Below are positions 9,681 to 20,156 of a stretch of DNA of 64,000 nucleotides, piece after piece. Origin of the DNA: Bacilli bacterium (lineage in GTDB: Bacteria > Bacillota_I > Bacilli_A > ML615J-28 > CAG-698); contig JBMNLZ010000003.1 of the NCBI GenBank assembly GCA_050953065.1, forward strand, positions 128,001 to 192,000, given 5' to 3'. The notes beneath the pieces are model-generated. The model ran no database searches, was not told where the DNA came from, and saw only the letters and a list, made by a program, of their open reading frames with translations. How positions within the stretch are numbered: position 1 is the stretch's first letter; each line of letters begins with the position of its first letter. A program made the translations under genes and the position numbers.

Positions 9681-10739
9681 TTACTTTCTTCTAATTTTAT
9701 TAACTAATCCTTGAAGCTTAAGAATGAATATTAACAATAATACTCTTTTTTTAGCCATTAAACGTCTAACTATTTTATATCTAATTATTTTTATATCAAT
9801 ATTGTTTACTATTTTTATAGTTATTTCATGATTTAAAATATCGCGAATTCGTTTTTTTATAATTTTTGTTTTTTCATAAGATAGGTACAATAAATAATCC
9901 ACAATCATTTTAAAATGAGCATAATTTATACTTCGACTATATTTATCGCATAAATTCCAACATTCCAACAAATCGTTAACTTTATCTTCAATATAAACTA
10001 TAGAATTAAAATAATTATCTAGTGCTTTTGAATATTTATAATCTTTTTTCTTTTTTACTTTTTTTCGTTTATTATTTAAACGAATATTGTAAAATGTATT
10101 AGCAATGATTTCTGCATTGTTAATGTGTTTAATATATTCTAAATTAAATAAAATATCTTGAGAGATTCTAAAATCTGGAAAAACCAACTGGTTTTCTTTA
10201 ATAATTGATGTTTTATAAAGTTTACTTATCGGACCATATAAAGAACCTTCTATATACATCTCAATAAGATGTTGATGTAGCAATTCTATATCATCAATGT
10301 TTTTTTTATGTATTGCTTCTTCTTTAACAAATTTTAAGTTGTTGAAATCATCGCCAACAATTTGAAATAATCTCATCCCACAAAAAACCATATCAGCTTT
10401 AGTATTATCAGCTTTTTGTATTAAAGCACTAACATAATTATTATCTATCCAATCATCTGCATCTATAAATAAAATATAATCACTTTTCGCTAGTTTTAAT
10501 CCTGTATTTCTAGCAATTGCAGTTCCCGAATTTTTTTGACTAATAACATTGATTCTTTTATCTTTTTTTTGATATTCTTCAAGTATTGGTAAAGTATTAT
10601 CTACAGATCCATCATTAACAACAATTACTTCAAAATTAGGTTCATCTTGATTTAAAATACTATCTAAACAAATTGAAATTGTTTCTTGATCATTAAATGT
10701 AGGAATTATGATGCTTACCTTCGTTAACTTTTCTTCCAT
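9681..10739 (-). CDS. Glycosyltransferase family 2
   Basis: VSIIIP, VNDGS.D, ARNTGL, FIDADD. Confidence 0.9.
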   Translation of the reverse strand: MEEKLTKVSIIIPTFNDQETISICLDSILNQDEPNFEVIVVNDGSVDNTLPILEEYQKKDKRINVISQKNSGTAIARNTGLKLAKSDYILFIDADDWIDNNYVSALIQKADNTKADMVFCGMRLFQIVGDDFNNLKFVKEEAIHKKNIDDIELLHQHLIEMYIEGSLYGPISKLYKTSIIKENQLVFPDFRISQDILFNLEYIKHINNAEIIANTFYNIRLNNKRKKVKKKKDYKYSKALDNYFNSIVYIEDKVNDLLECWNLCDKYSRSINYAHFKMIVDYLLYLSYEKTKIIKKRIRDILNHEITIKIVNNIDIKIIRYKIVRRLMAKKRVLLLIFILKLQGLVNKIRRK

Positions 10740-12295
10740 AAATCGCTCCTTTTAAATTTCAAAATTCTAATTTTCTCTTCCTTTGTTAAAACAAAAATAA
10801 AACTTAATGCTACGTAAACTATACTGACAAGCATAATTTTAATTATCAAATTTTTAATCGAATATTCTTCAATTAGTTGTTTTATATATATACCAAAAAC
10901 TAACGTAACAGCCATTGGAATTACTGACCTCAAATGAACCTTTTTATAAAAATCAATCATATTAAAACCAATTATTTTATGATAAAAAATATTCATAATT
11001 ATCACTTGACCAATAAAATTTCCTCCAAAAATTGCAATTGATGCACCTAATGCCCCGTAATGAGGAATTAAAAAAACTGCTGAAGTTAGTGTTATCACTA
11101 ATGAAATTATTAGTGATAATGCATAATATTTTACTTTTTTTACCACCAACAAATAAGTATAAGCAATTCCATATGTATATGTAAAAAGTCCTGTAACTAC
11201 TAAAAAGAAACCAACTAAAGCCGCAGGCTCTAAGTCTTCACCAACCCATAAATTTACGAACTCTGGTCCTAACAAATAAAAGCCTAAGATTATTAGCCCC
11301 ATAAAGAATAGTTGGAACCTTCCAACCGCAATCATTGTTTGATTTATCTCTTCAGTCTTGCCATCAATATTTAATTTAGTAATTTTTGGCAAAAAAAGTC
11401 CATTCAGAGCATTAGAAAATGTCCAAATATACCCCTCTATAGATAGAGCTATTGTAAAAAGTGCAATTTCAGCGGTCCCAGAAAAAAAACCTAATAACGA
11501 AGGAACTATGTTATAAGTTAATCTCTGAGTCAAAAGTGCAACCATATTCCAACCTGAGAATATAATAATTGATTTATACATTTTTCTACTAACACGAACA
11601 AACTTAAATTCAAACAATTTATTTTTTAATATATAGATAAATTTTAACACTATGACTAAAGTCCCAGCAGCAATATATGCAAAAATTAAACCATATACAT
11701 CAAAATTAAAAACCAAAGCAATAGTTGTTATTATAATAATTGTTAATTTATTAATTAATTCAACAATTTTAATAAAAATAAATCTGCCATTTCCAATCAA
11801 AATACCATTAAACGGACTAAATAATATGTGATATGAACAAAACAATGCTGAAAAAACAAAAACTTTTTTAAATTTAACTAATTCTTCATAAGTCAATTCA
11901 GCATATATTTTATCTATATTAAAATATATAACCATTAAACTTAAAAAAATAAATATCGCAATCGCTAAAAATATTTTTGTTATGGCATTAAATAACTCTC
12001 TTAATTTTTCATCATTATTCTCAAGTCTGTATTTTGAAACATATCTAGATATAGTTTCACCTAATCCAAAATCAATTGAAAAAAAACTAATGATTGAAAG
12101 AGTTAAAGTATAGATAGCATAACTTGATTTTCCCACATTTGAAATAATCCATGGTAAATAAAAAACACCAAAAAGGATATTTAAAATAATTAAAAAATAT
12201 GAGAAAACAGCTGCTGCTTTTATTTTATTATTAGATTCTATATTACTAGATTCTATACTAGATTTAACTTTTGTATCCCTAATTGGTTCATCCAT
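10724..12295 (-). CDS. wzx: Wzx oligosaccharide flippase
   Basis: Many hydrophobic segments, DFGL motif in N-terminal part, GA.GASIA; located in polysaccharide cluster. Confidence 0.85.
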   Translation of the reverse strand: MDEPIRDTKVKSSIESSNIESNNKIKAAAVFSYFLIILNILFGVFYLPWIISNVGKSSYAIYTLTLSIISFFSIDFGLGETISRYVSKYRLENNDEKLRELFNAITKIFLAIAIFIFLSLMVIYFNIDKIYAELTYEELVKFKKVFVFSALFCSYHILFSPFNGILIGNGRFIFIKIVELINKLTIIIITTIALVFNFDVYGLIFAYIAAGTLVIVLKFIYILKNKLFEFKFVRVSRKMYKSIIIFSGWNMVALLTQRLTYNIVPSLLGFFSGTAEIALFTIALSIEGYIWTFSNALNGLFLPKITKLNIDGKTEEINQTMIAVGRFQLFFMGLIILGFYLLGPEFVNLWVGEDLEPAALVGFFLVVTGLFTYTYGIAYTYLLVVKKVKYYALSLIISLVITLTSAVFLIPHYGALGASIAIFGGNFIGQVIIMNIFYHKIIGFNMIDFYKKVHLRSVIPMAVTLVFGIYIKQLIEEYSIKNLIIKIMLVSIVYVALSFIFVLTKEEKIRILKFKRSDLWKKS

Positions 12296-12300
12296 TTATT

Positions 12301-13311
12301 TCACGTCTCTTTTTTGTTTCTTTTTTTCTTTTTCAATTTACGCTTCAACCCTTTGAAGCCTTCATATCTTAATAATTTAAAAACTGTAATAACTTTTCGT
12401 CTAAAACTTATAAAAGGATGCCCAACACCAGTTATTTTTCTAGCTTTTTTCCCGTAACATTCATCTTCAATAACATATTCATTATGCTTTAAAGGAAACT
12501 CTAATTCATATGTTTTCATATAGTACATTCTTTGTACTTCTTTAGGCATAGTAATATAAGTATTTTCATGTTGCGATTCGTTAACACAACCAATATTTGA
12601 AATCATATTATATTTTGGAACAACCGAAACTCTATTATTTATAAATTTATCTAAACCAAAATAATATTCAAAGCCTGCTACATGGCCATCACTTACACTA
12701 TGCTTTACATAATTTATAACTCTTTTAAAGTTAGAACGAGGCATATTTTTCTTTAAACGTTTTAATAAATATTCGTTCTTACCATAACTATGCTCACGAT
12801 CAAAACTTAGATAAGTTCTTCTCCACAAGCCAAACCCCCAAATTGAAGTTTCTTTTGAGTAAAAATAGCTATCACTCAAATTCTTAGGATATATATCTAA
12901 AAAATTCATTCCAGATATTTGTTGGATTCTTTCATCATCTTTAAATTTTTCAAGAAGATCTTCCATAAAATAGAAAAATGATACACTAGGAACAACATCA
13001 TCTTCTAAAAAAATACATCTATCATATTCTTTAAAGACCTTATCCATTGAAGACCATAGCATCGTATATAAGCCTTGATTGGTTGTTTCATATATTTTAA
13101 TGACTCTGCATTCCCAATCAATTTCAGAAACAACCTTTCTACTTTCCATTACTTTGTCTTTTTCACCTTGCACAAAATCTCTTGGTGCATCTGAAACCAA
13201 AAACAAAACTTTAGGTTTAACCTTTTTCAAAACATCAAAAACTTTTTTTAAAGTATCTGGTCTTGAAAAAACAAATAATACTACTGGTACATTTAAGTTA
13301 TCTCTCTTCAA
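12301..13311 (-). CDS. GT-A fold glycosyltransferase (HlpA-like)
   Basis: PVVLFVFSRP, SDAPR, IFLEDD, WGFGLWRR, NMISNIG; TTG start after GGAGG. Confidence 0.75.
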   Translation of the reverse strand: MKRDNLNVPVVLFVFSRPDTLKKVFDVLKKVKPKVLFLVSDAPRDFVQGEKDKVMESRKVVSEIDWECRVIKIYETTNQGLYTMLWSSMDKVFKEYDRCIFLEDDVVPSVSFFYFMEDLLEKFKDDERIQQISGMNFLDIYPKNLSDSYFYSKETSIWGFGLWRRTYLSFDREHSYGKNEYLLKRLKKNMPRSNFKRVINYVKHSVSDGHVAGFEYYFGLDKFINNRVSVVPKYNMISNIGCVNESQHENTYITMPKEVQRMYYMKTYELEFPLKHNEYVIEDECYGKKARKITGVGHPFISFRRKVITVFKLLRYEGFKGLKRKLKKKKRNKKET

Positions 13312-14491
13312 GACACACCTCTTTTTCTTCTAAAACTATATCATTATTAATAATTATATCTTTTGAGCTCATCATAAAAAACACAAAGCCAAAAACAATA
13401 ACCCAAACATTTCTATAAAAAATATCTTCAAAAGAACCATGCAAGAAAAGTAAAGCAAAAGCAACAAGCGCAACTCTATTAATTTGTTTGTTTTTTTGAC
13501 CCACTTTTTTATAAACTATAGTTAAAAAATAGCTCATAAAAATAAAGAATGCAAAGATTCCATACCCCCAAGCAAAACTTAAATATATATTGTGTGCACC
13601 TTGAGAAATATATAGAAAATTATCCATATCCAAATAGTGACTATTTAAAAATAAAGATATTTTGCTAGGTACCTGAATCCAAATATGTTCTCGATTTGTA
13701 AAAACTGTTCTTCCTAAAATAGTCACATTTGAAGAACCTAAAATTTTCCAAAGTGCTATATAAATAAGAGGTAAGAGAATCGGAAATAACATTCCTGTAA
13801 ATATTGTAGCTTGGCAAGCAAATTTATTTGTTTTTTTCTTTAGCAACATAAACAAAACTGATAGTCCAAAAATTATGGCTATGATAAACGATGTTCTTGA
13901 ACCTGTAAAATATAGAAAAATCATAGATAAAGCCAGTGAAATTAAGCCAATTATTTTAAATATAATTTTCTTTTCTGAAAGTAAGCATAAAACATTATTC
14001 ATAAGAACTAATAACATATATAAAGCAAAACTATTTTGATTTTCAAAACCAAACCTTAATTCGTTATTGCCAATTAAAGAAAAATTAGTAAGTAATTTAA
14101 TCAATAATATATATGGTAAAAAATAATATAATTTACTTAAATATCTCATTTCGGATATATTAATATCAGAGCGATAAGCTATATAAATCATTATAATCAA
14201 CGATATTATTGCTCCATACTCTGCAAAGTTGCCTCTAAGCATATCTAAATTAAAGCCTATTAATGCACCTATAAAAAAAATTAAGATAAAGATAAAGATT
14301 AGCAAAATTCTATCTTCATAAAGATTCTTATATGCAGTAATTATAAACCATATTACTAGCAGGATAAAGAGAATATCTAAAAATAGACTATAATAACTGT
14401 ATAAAGCAAAAGTATAAAATAAAAACATCAAAAATAATACGCAAAAGATAACTGAAAAGTAAATCTTAGAATTTAAAAATTTTTTATTCAT
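13298..14491 (-). CDS. wzy: Wzy polymerase / O-antigen-ligase-like membrane protein
   Basis: Multi-pass membrane protein with FENQN, TGSRT, TNREHIW, AHN motifs. Confidence 0.75.
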   Translation of the reverse strand: MNKKFLNSKIYFSVIFCVLFLMFLFYTFALYSYYSLFLDILFILLVIWFIITAYKNLYEDRILLIFIFILIFFIGALIGFNLDMLRGNFAEYGAIISLIIMIYIAYRSDINISEMRYLSKLYYFLPYILLIKLLTNFSLIGNNELRFGFENQNSFALYMLLVLMNNVLCLLSEKKIIFKIIGLISLALSMIFLYFTGSRTSFIIAIIFGLSVLFMLLKKKTNKFACQATIFTGMLFPILLPLIYIALWKILGSSNVTILGRTVFTNREHIWIQVPSKISLFLNSHYLDMDNFLYISQGAHNIYLSFAWGYGIFAFFIFMSYFLTIVYKKVGQKNKQINRVALVAFALLFLHGSFEDIFYRNVWVIVFGFVFFMMSSKDIIINNDIVLEEKEVCLEER

Positions 14492-14493
14492 AA

Positions 14494-15606
14494 TTAAGCC
14501 CTTTCCACAACCAGAGAATCATAATAATTTTGCAGTTCTTTAGATTGTTTGCTTATAGAGTAACCAGATTCTTCTACTTTTAATAAATCAACTAATCTAT
14601 CATACTTACGTGTTTCTAAAATTTTATCAACCCATAAGTCTAATTTAGCATTACTGATAAAATCAACTTTATCTAAAATGTTAACTTCAGAGGGAATATT
14701 ATTTGAAGCAATGCATTTTAAACCATTCACTTGGGCTTCAACTAATACAATCCCTAATCCTTCAAAATGAGAAGGTAAACAAAAAATATCAAAAATATTA
14801 TAATAATCATAAATATTCTTAACACCATCAATAAATAACACGTTGTTTTCAACATTTATTTTTTTAGAATACAGTTTTATTTTATTTTTTAAATGACCAT
14901 CTCCAATCATTATCAATAATGTATTATTATTTTTATTGCTAATTTTTTTTATAAGTTCAATTAAAAATTTATGATTTTTTTGATAATCAAACCTTCCTAT
15001 ATGGCCAATTACAAACTCATCTTCTATATTATATTTTTCTCTTATTTCTTTTCTTTTATCTTCATTAAAGACAAACTTCTCATAATCAATTGCGTTTGGG
15101 AAAATTTTAACTTCACCTTTTTTTATTTTCCTTTTTCCAAACATCCATTTACCTGCTGGCGAAGAACATGCCACATAATCAGTAGCATAAAATCTAATTA
15201 AAAATCTTGCAATTTCATTTAAAAACCATTTTAAGATATTATTGGTTAAATGTCTTGTATTATGGCTATGTGCAATTCGCACTTTAACTTTATGTTTTTT
15301 AGCAATTCTAAGTGCTATTACACCCATAGCATCCAAATGAGAGTGAACAATGTCATAATTACCTTTGGCAATTATTGTACTAATTTGTTTGTAATTACTG
15401 ATTGGATGCCTTCCTCTTGTGGGTACATTAAATATTTTCATGCCTTTTTTTATAATTTCTTGATCATACACTCCAGTTTCAAAGCCATCAATAACAAAAT
15501 CAATTTTAAATTTATTAGTATCAAAAAGTCTTATATTATTCATTATGAAGGATTCAATTCCGCCCAAGCTCATAGGGCCACCTACTAAATATAAAATTTT
15601 TATCAT
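14494..15606 (-). CDS. Glycosyltransferase family 4 (EpsF/CapH-like)
   Basis: GGIESF, RIAHSHN, GHIGRF..QKNH, EGLGIVLVEAQ. Confidence 0.9.
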   Translation of the reverse strand: MIKILYLVGGPMSLGGIESFIMNNIRLFDTNKFKIDFVIDGFETGVYDQEIIKKGMKIFNVPTRGRHPISNYKQISTIIAKGNYDIVHSHLDAMGVIALRIAKKHKVKVRIAHSHNTRHLTNNILKWFLNEIARFLIRFYATDYVACSSPAGKWMFGKRKIKKGEVKIFPNAIDYEKFVFNEDKRKEIREKYNIEDEFVIGHIGRFDYQKNHKFLIELIKKISNKNNNTLLIMIGDGHLKNKIKLYSKKINVENNVLFIDGVKNIYDYYNIFDIFCLPSHFEGLGIVLVEAQVNGLKCIASNNIPSEVNILDKVDFISNAKLDLWVDKILETRKYDRLVDLLKVEESGYSISKQSKELQNYYDSLVVERA

Positions 15607-15671
15607 ATTTTTCTCCTAATTATTAAACTTTTTATAATACTAACAAATTTATCTTAATATTTTAATATTCA

Positions 15672-16664
15672 TTATTTATAATTTTTTTCAAAATTCCAAG
15701 CATCTCTTACCATGTCTTCAATTGTAAGTTCCGCTTTCCAACCTAATTCTTTAAAAGCTTTTGAAACATCAGCAAAACTTGTTGCAACATCCCCTTTTCT
15801 TCTTTCAACTATTTCATAAGGGATTTTAATATCATTTATTTTTTCAAAAGTATTAATTAATTCTAATACTGAAGTTCCTTTTCCAGTTCCAAGATTATAA
15901 ATACTAACTCCAGGCTTAATATTTTCTAAAGCTTTAATATGACCTTTAGCTAAATCCATTACATGTATATAATCTCTTACTCCAGTTCCATCAACCGTAT
16001 CATAGTCATTTCCAAACACTTTTAATAATTTTTGTTTTTTGCTAGCAACTTGTGTAATAAAAGGCATTAAATTATTTGGAACCCCGTTAGGAACCTCTCC
16101 AATCAATCCCGATGGATGTGCTCCCACTGGATTAAAATATCTAAGTAATGAAACACCTAATTTTGGGTATGCATATACTGCATCCATTAAGATTTTCTCA
16201 TTAATTGCTTTTGTTTCTCCATAAGGATTAGTCGTTTTACCAGTTTGCATATTTTCTTTTAAAGGACTTTTATTTTCACCATAAACTGTTGCGGATGAAG
16301 AAAAAACAAATTTTAAAACTTTATATTCTAAAGCACATTTAATTAAACAAATTGTACTAACAACATTGTTATAATAATATTCAAGTGGTTTAGAAATAGA
16401 TTCACCGACCGCCTTAAAACCAGCAAAATGAATTATTCCATCAAAATTATTTCTAGCAAAAATTTCCTTCATTTTAGCATCATCAGTAACATCTGCTTTA
16501 TAAAATTTAAAATCATCATTACTGATCTTTTTAAGTTTTTGTAAAACATCTAATTTAGAATTAGATAAATTATCAACTATTACAACCTCATGCCCTGCCT
16601 CTTTTAAAAGTAAGGCAGTATGAGAGCCAATATATCCCAACCCTCCAGTAACAAGTATTTGCAT
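15672..16664 (-). CDS. galE: UDP-glucose 4-epimerase
   Basis: GYIGSHT, KAVGES, YGETK, LRYFNPVGAH, DGTGVRDYIHV. Confidence 0.95.
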   Translation of the reverse strand: MQILVTGGLGYIGSHTALLLKEAGHEVVIVDNLSNSKLDVLQKLKKISNDDFKFYKADVTDDAKMKEIFARNNFDGIIHFAGFKAVGESISKPLEYYYNNVVSTICLIKCALEYKVLKFVFSSSATVYGENKSPLKENMQTGKTTNPYGETKAINEKILMDAVYAYPKLGVSLLRYFNPVGAHPSGLIGEVPNGVPNNLMPFITQVASKKQKLLKVFGNDYDTVDGTGVRDYIHVMDLAKGHIKALENIKPGVSIYNLGTGKGTSVLELINTFEKINDIKIPYEIVERRKGDVATSFADVSKAFKELGWKAELTIEDMVRDAWNFEKNYK

Positions 16665-16681
16665 AAACTACTTCTCCCTTA

Positions 16682-17878
16682 TTAGTTTTTATAAAGTTTA
16701 AAATATTCTTTAAACATCTTTTCTTTTGAATAGAGTGTTTTACCTAATAGTACACACTCATCTTTTTCTTTAAATATCTTTTCTTGTTTTTCTTTTAAAA
16801 TCAATTCTTTTATCTTTTTTATATCTCCATAAGGAACAAACTCTCCACATCCTTTTGGTGCTGTTTCTTTTGCACCACCTACATCATATCCAATAACAGG
16901 AGTCCCACATGCGATAGATTCTATACAAGTTGTTGGAAAATTTTCCTTTTCACTTAACATTACAAAAACATTAGCTAAAGAATAATACTTAGCAAGTTCT
17001 ATTTGATTAGCAGTTCTAGGTAAGGCAATAACATTATCTAGATTAACTTTTTCAGGTTCATCTAGGCCAATCATTATAAATTTAATATCTTTTTCTTTCA
17101 AACTTTCAGCTAATTTTAAAACTTCAGGTCCACCTTTTTCTTTACTCATCAAATTAGGTGCTACCGCCAAAACAATAAATTCATCTTTTAAATTGTGTTT
17201 TTCTTTTATTTCTTTCGTATCATATTCTTTAAAGATATTAACATCAATTCCATTATTAATTACTAACATCTTTTTATCTTTTAAAAAAGATGTTTTTACT
17301 CTTTCTAAAAGCCATTTAGAAGGAGTAACTATTGTTAAGTTGTCAAAACCTTCATACATCTTTATTTTTTGTTTATACATACGTTTAGTAAAATCAAAAA
17401 ATAAAGATTTAGGATATTCTTTTAATCTTGGACATTTAAAACATAATGCTTTAAATTTCTCGCATTCATATGCATGTCCGCACTTTCCTGTATACATAAA
17501 CTCACAATGAAAAGTATGAATTACTTTAATATTTTTTTTCTTTAAATACTTAATTAAAGGTTTTAAATTAACAAAATATGCATGTAGTTCATGAATATGA
17601 ACTACATCTGGTTTAATCCTTTTTATATATCTAATTAATCTAAAAGTAGAAAAAGGTGAATATATTCCAGTTAAACCCGTAAGCCTAGTCATTATCATAT
17701 GGAAAATAGTTTCTAAATCAAGACCAAATTTATAAATATTTTTTTCTTTAATTTTTGGTCCTCTTCCATAGGCAATGTGTGCTTCTATATTATTTTTATT
17801 TAATTCTTGATATAAATCATAAACAATTTTTCCAGTACTACTTCTTTTACAATTTACATCAATTAATAATACTTTCAT
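16682..17878 (-). CDS. Glycosyltransferase family 4 (WcaC-like)
   Basis: STGKI, HIHELH, YTGKC.H, ENFPT..IESIACGTPV. Confidence 0.85.
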   Translation of the reverse strand: MKVLLIDVNCKRSSTGKIVYDLYQELNKNNIEAHIAYGRGPKIKEKNIYKFGLDLETIFHMIMTRLTGLTGIYSPFSTFRLIRYIKRIKPDVVHIHELHAYFVNLKPLIKYLKKKNIKVIHTFHCEFMYTGKCGHAYECEKFKALCFKCPRLKEYPKSLFFDFTKRMYKQKIKMYEGFDNLTIVTPSKWLLERVKTSFLKDKKMLVINNGIDVNIFKEYDTKEIKEKHNLKDEFIVLAVAPNLMSKEKGGPEVLKLAESLKEKDIKFIMIGLDEPEKVNLDNVIALPRTANQIELAKYYSLANVFVMLSEKENFPTTCIESIACGTPVIGYDVGGAKETAPKGCGEFVPYGDIKKIKELILKEKQEKIFKEKDECVLLGKTLYSKEKMFKEYFKLYKN

Positions 17879-17891
17879 AATTTATTCCTTT

Positions 17892-19028
17892 TTATCTATA
17901 CTGTCTTTTTTCAATTCCTAAAAGCCTAGCTATCTTAACTGCCAAAGCAATTCTTTTAGCACTTGAAGCATAATCTTTATATGATTTGTTTTCGCCGTTC
18001 ATTAAAGTAATAAATTCATCTTTTGAAATGCCAAGTTTTAAAGCAATATATTCTAAATCTTTTAAAGCTTGCTCTTCACTATATGGAGGTTTTTTTAAGA
18101 TTTCTAAAGCATCACTTCTTTGAAGTTGATTTGTAAGAATCAAACTTGAAAAATGAGCTCTTCTTTTATCAAATCCAAATTTCTTAATTAACCAATAACC
18201 TTCATAAAATCTTGTAAAAATACTTTCATAATGTTTATTAGCATAAGGTTCCCAATTAAACTTTTCTTTTAAAGTTTTTATGGCATCCTCTTTTGTATAA
18301 GGAATTAAATCAAGCGGACGAAATACTTTCATTCCTTTAAAGAAACGATAATAAATCTTATATTTAAACATACTACATAAAGGTAGTTTTTTTAATTTTT
18401 TAGTTCCAAACCTTTTATGAATATCTTTGATTTGTTTTAAATCGTTTTGATAAACCCATTCGATAGGCTCTCTTACACACTCTGTAGAATAATTTCCACC
18501 AGTTAAAACATACTTAATTTTATGTTTAACAGCATAATTATAAAGTGATGCAAAAATTACATGATCTTGAGGAATGTCTTGATAAGGAACTTGTGATTTA
18601 AAAAAAGCAAGCTGTAAATCCTTCATTTCTTCAAAATCAACAGTTTCATGACAAATTTCTAATCCTAAGCCTTTGGCAATTTTTTCTACATTACTAATAG
18701 CTACATCTAAATTCCAACCCGTATCAACTGAATAAAGTAAGACTCTTAAGCCTAAAACTTCTTTAGCATAATATGCTAAATAAGAACTATCCACCCCACC
18801 ACTTATTCCTATAATACAATCATATTTTTTATGTCTTGTTTTTTTCTTTATTAAAGCAACTTGCTTTTCTAGTTTTGCTTTACCTACATCATCTGTACGC
18901 CAAGAAGGTAGGATATTTTCATAATAATTATGACAATGATCACACAGCCCTTTCTCATCAAATTTAATTTGTGAGTCAGTTGTATCCATTACACAATTAC
19001 TACAAACCTGATATTTTCTTTTTTCCAT
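17892..19028 (-). CDS. N-acetyl sugar amidotransferase (WbuX/WbpG family)
   Basis: N-terminal CxxC...CxxC, PP-loop SGGVDSS, KHYES, GFDKRRAH. Confidence 0.85.
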   Translation of the reverse strand: MEKRKYQVCSNCVMDTTDSQIKFDEKGLCDHCHNYYENILPSWRTDDVGKAKLEKQVALIKKKTRHKKYDCIIGISGGVDSSYLAYYAKEVLGLRVLLYSVDTGWNLDVAISNVEKIAKGLGLEICHETVDFEEMKDLQLAFFKSQVPYQDIPQDHVIFASLYNYAVKHKIKYVLTGGNYSTECVREPIEWVYQNDLKQIKDIHKRFGTKKLKKLPLCSMFKYKIYYRFFKGMKVFRPLDLIPYTKEDAIKTLKEKFNWEPYANKHYESIFTRFYEGYWLIKKFGFDKRRAHFSSLILTNQLQRSDALEILKKPPYSEEQALKDLEYIALKLGISKDEFITLMNGENKSYKDYASSAKRIALAVKIARLLGIEKRQYR

Positions 19029-20152
19029 TACTTACTCCATACAACTCTATTTACATAATCAATATAAGAAGTTATAATTCTTAATACTTTATCAGAAACA
19101 TTTGGATAACTATAATCTCTTACTGGACACAATGTATCTTTTTCTTGAGTTTCTAAAATTTCTAAACCTTGTAAAATTCGGTCTTTTTTAAGACCTACCA
19201 TCATTACACTAGCTTCTTCCATCGCTTCAGGTCTTTCATGAGCTTCTCTAATATTTAAAGCTTTAAAACCTAAGATACTAGACTCCTCACTTATAGTACC
19301 ACTATCGCTTAAAACAGCTTTAGCATTAAGTTGAAGTTTATTATAATCATTAAAACCAAGTGGTTTTAATGTTTGAATTAAAGGATTAAATCTAACATTC
19401 TTAGCTTCAATCATTTTTCTAGTTCTAGGATGTGTACTTACAATAATCGGTAATTTATAAATTTCAGCTATTTCATTTAAACTTTCAATTAAATCAATGA
19501 AATTTTTAACTGCATTAATATTTTCTTCTCTGTGAGCTGATACTACGAAATACTTATTTGGTTTTAAATTAAGACGTGTTAAAACATCACTTGCTTCAAT
19601 ATCTTTAATTCTAGAATTTAAAACTTCAAACATCGGACTACCAGTTTTGATTACTCTATCAGCAGGTAAGCCTTCACGAAGTAAATACTCTCTTGCAATA
19701 TCACTATAAGTAAGGTTAATATCAGCAATATGATCTACTATTTTACGGTTAGTTTCTTCTGGTACTCTTTGGTCAAAGCATCTATTACCTGCTTCCATAT
19801 GAAAAATTGGAATTTTTCTTCTTTTAGCAGCAATTGCACATAAACAACTATTAGTATCACCTAAGACTAAAAATGCATCTGGTTTTTCTTTTTCTATAAT
19901 TGGATCTATTTTCACTAAAATATTTCCGATTGTTTCTACAGCTGTTGTTACTGCAGCATCAAGAAAATAATCGGGTTTTTTTAATTTAAAATCCTGAAAA
20001 AAGATTTCATTTAATTCATAATCATAGTTTTGACCTGTATGAACTAAAATATGTTCAACAGCATTTGAAGATTCTAACTTTTGGATCACACAAGAAAGCC
20101 TAATTATTTCTGGGCGTGTTCCAACTACAGTCATTATTTTTATTTTTTTCAC
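19028..20152 (-). CDS. fnlC: UDP-2-acetamido-2,6-dideoxy-L-talose 2-epimerase (FnlC/CapG)
   Basis: VGTRPEIIRL, HTGQNYDYEL, EAGNRCFD..VPEE; GTG start 20152 behind GGAGG. Confidence 0.9.
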   Translation of the reverse strand: MKKIKIMTVVGTRPEIIRLSCVIQKLESSNAVEHILVHTGQNYDYELNEIFFQDFKLKKPDYFLDAAVTTAVETIGNILVKIDPIIEKEKPDAFLVLGDTNSCLCAIAAKRRKIPIFHMEAGNRCFDQRVPEETNRKIVDHIADINLTYSDIAREYLLREGLPADRVIKTGSPMFEVLNSRIKDIEASDVLTRLNLKPNKYFVVSAHREENINAVKNFIDLIESLNEIAEIYKLPIIVSTHPRTRKMIEAKNVRFNPLIQTLKPLGFNDYNKLQLNAKAVLSDSGTISEESSILGFKALNIREAHERPEAMEEASVMMVGLKKDRILQGLEILETQEKDTLCPVRDYSYPNVSDKVLRIITSYIDYVNRVVWSK

Positions 20153-20156
20153 TTTC

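Noticed and set aside
9681-15606. Poly-A/T tracts as phase-variation sites in EPS genes
   Set aside because: Runs of 7-8 are expected at this AT content and all frames are intact.
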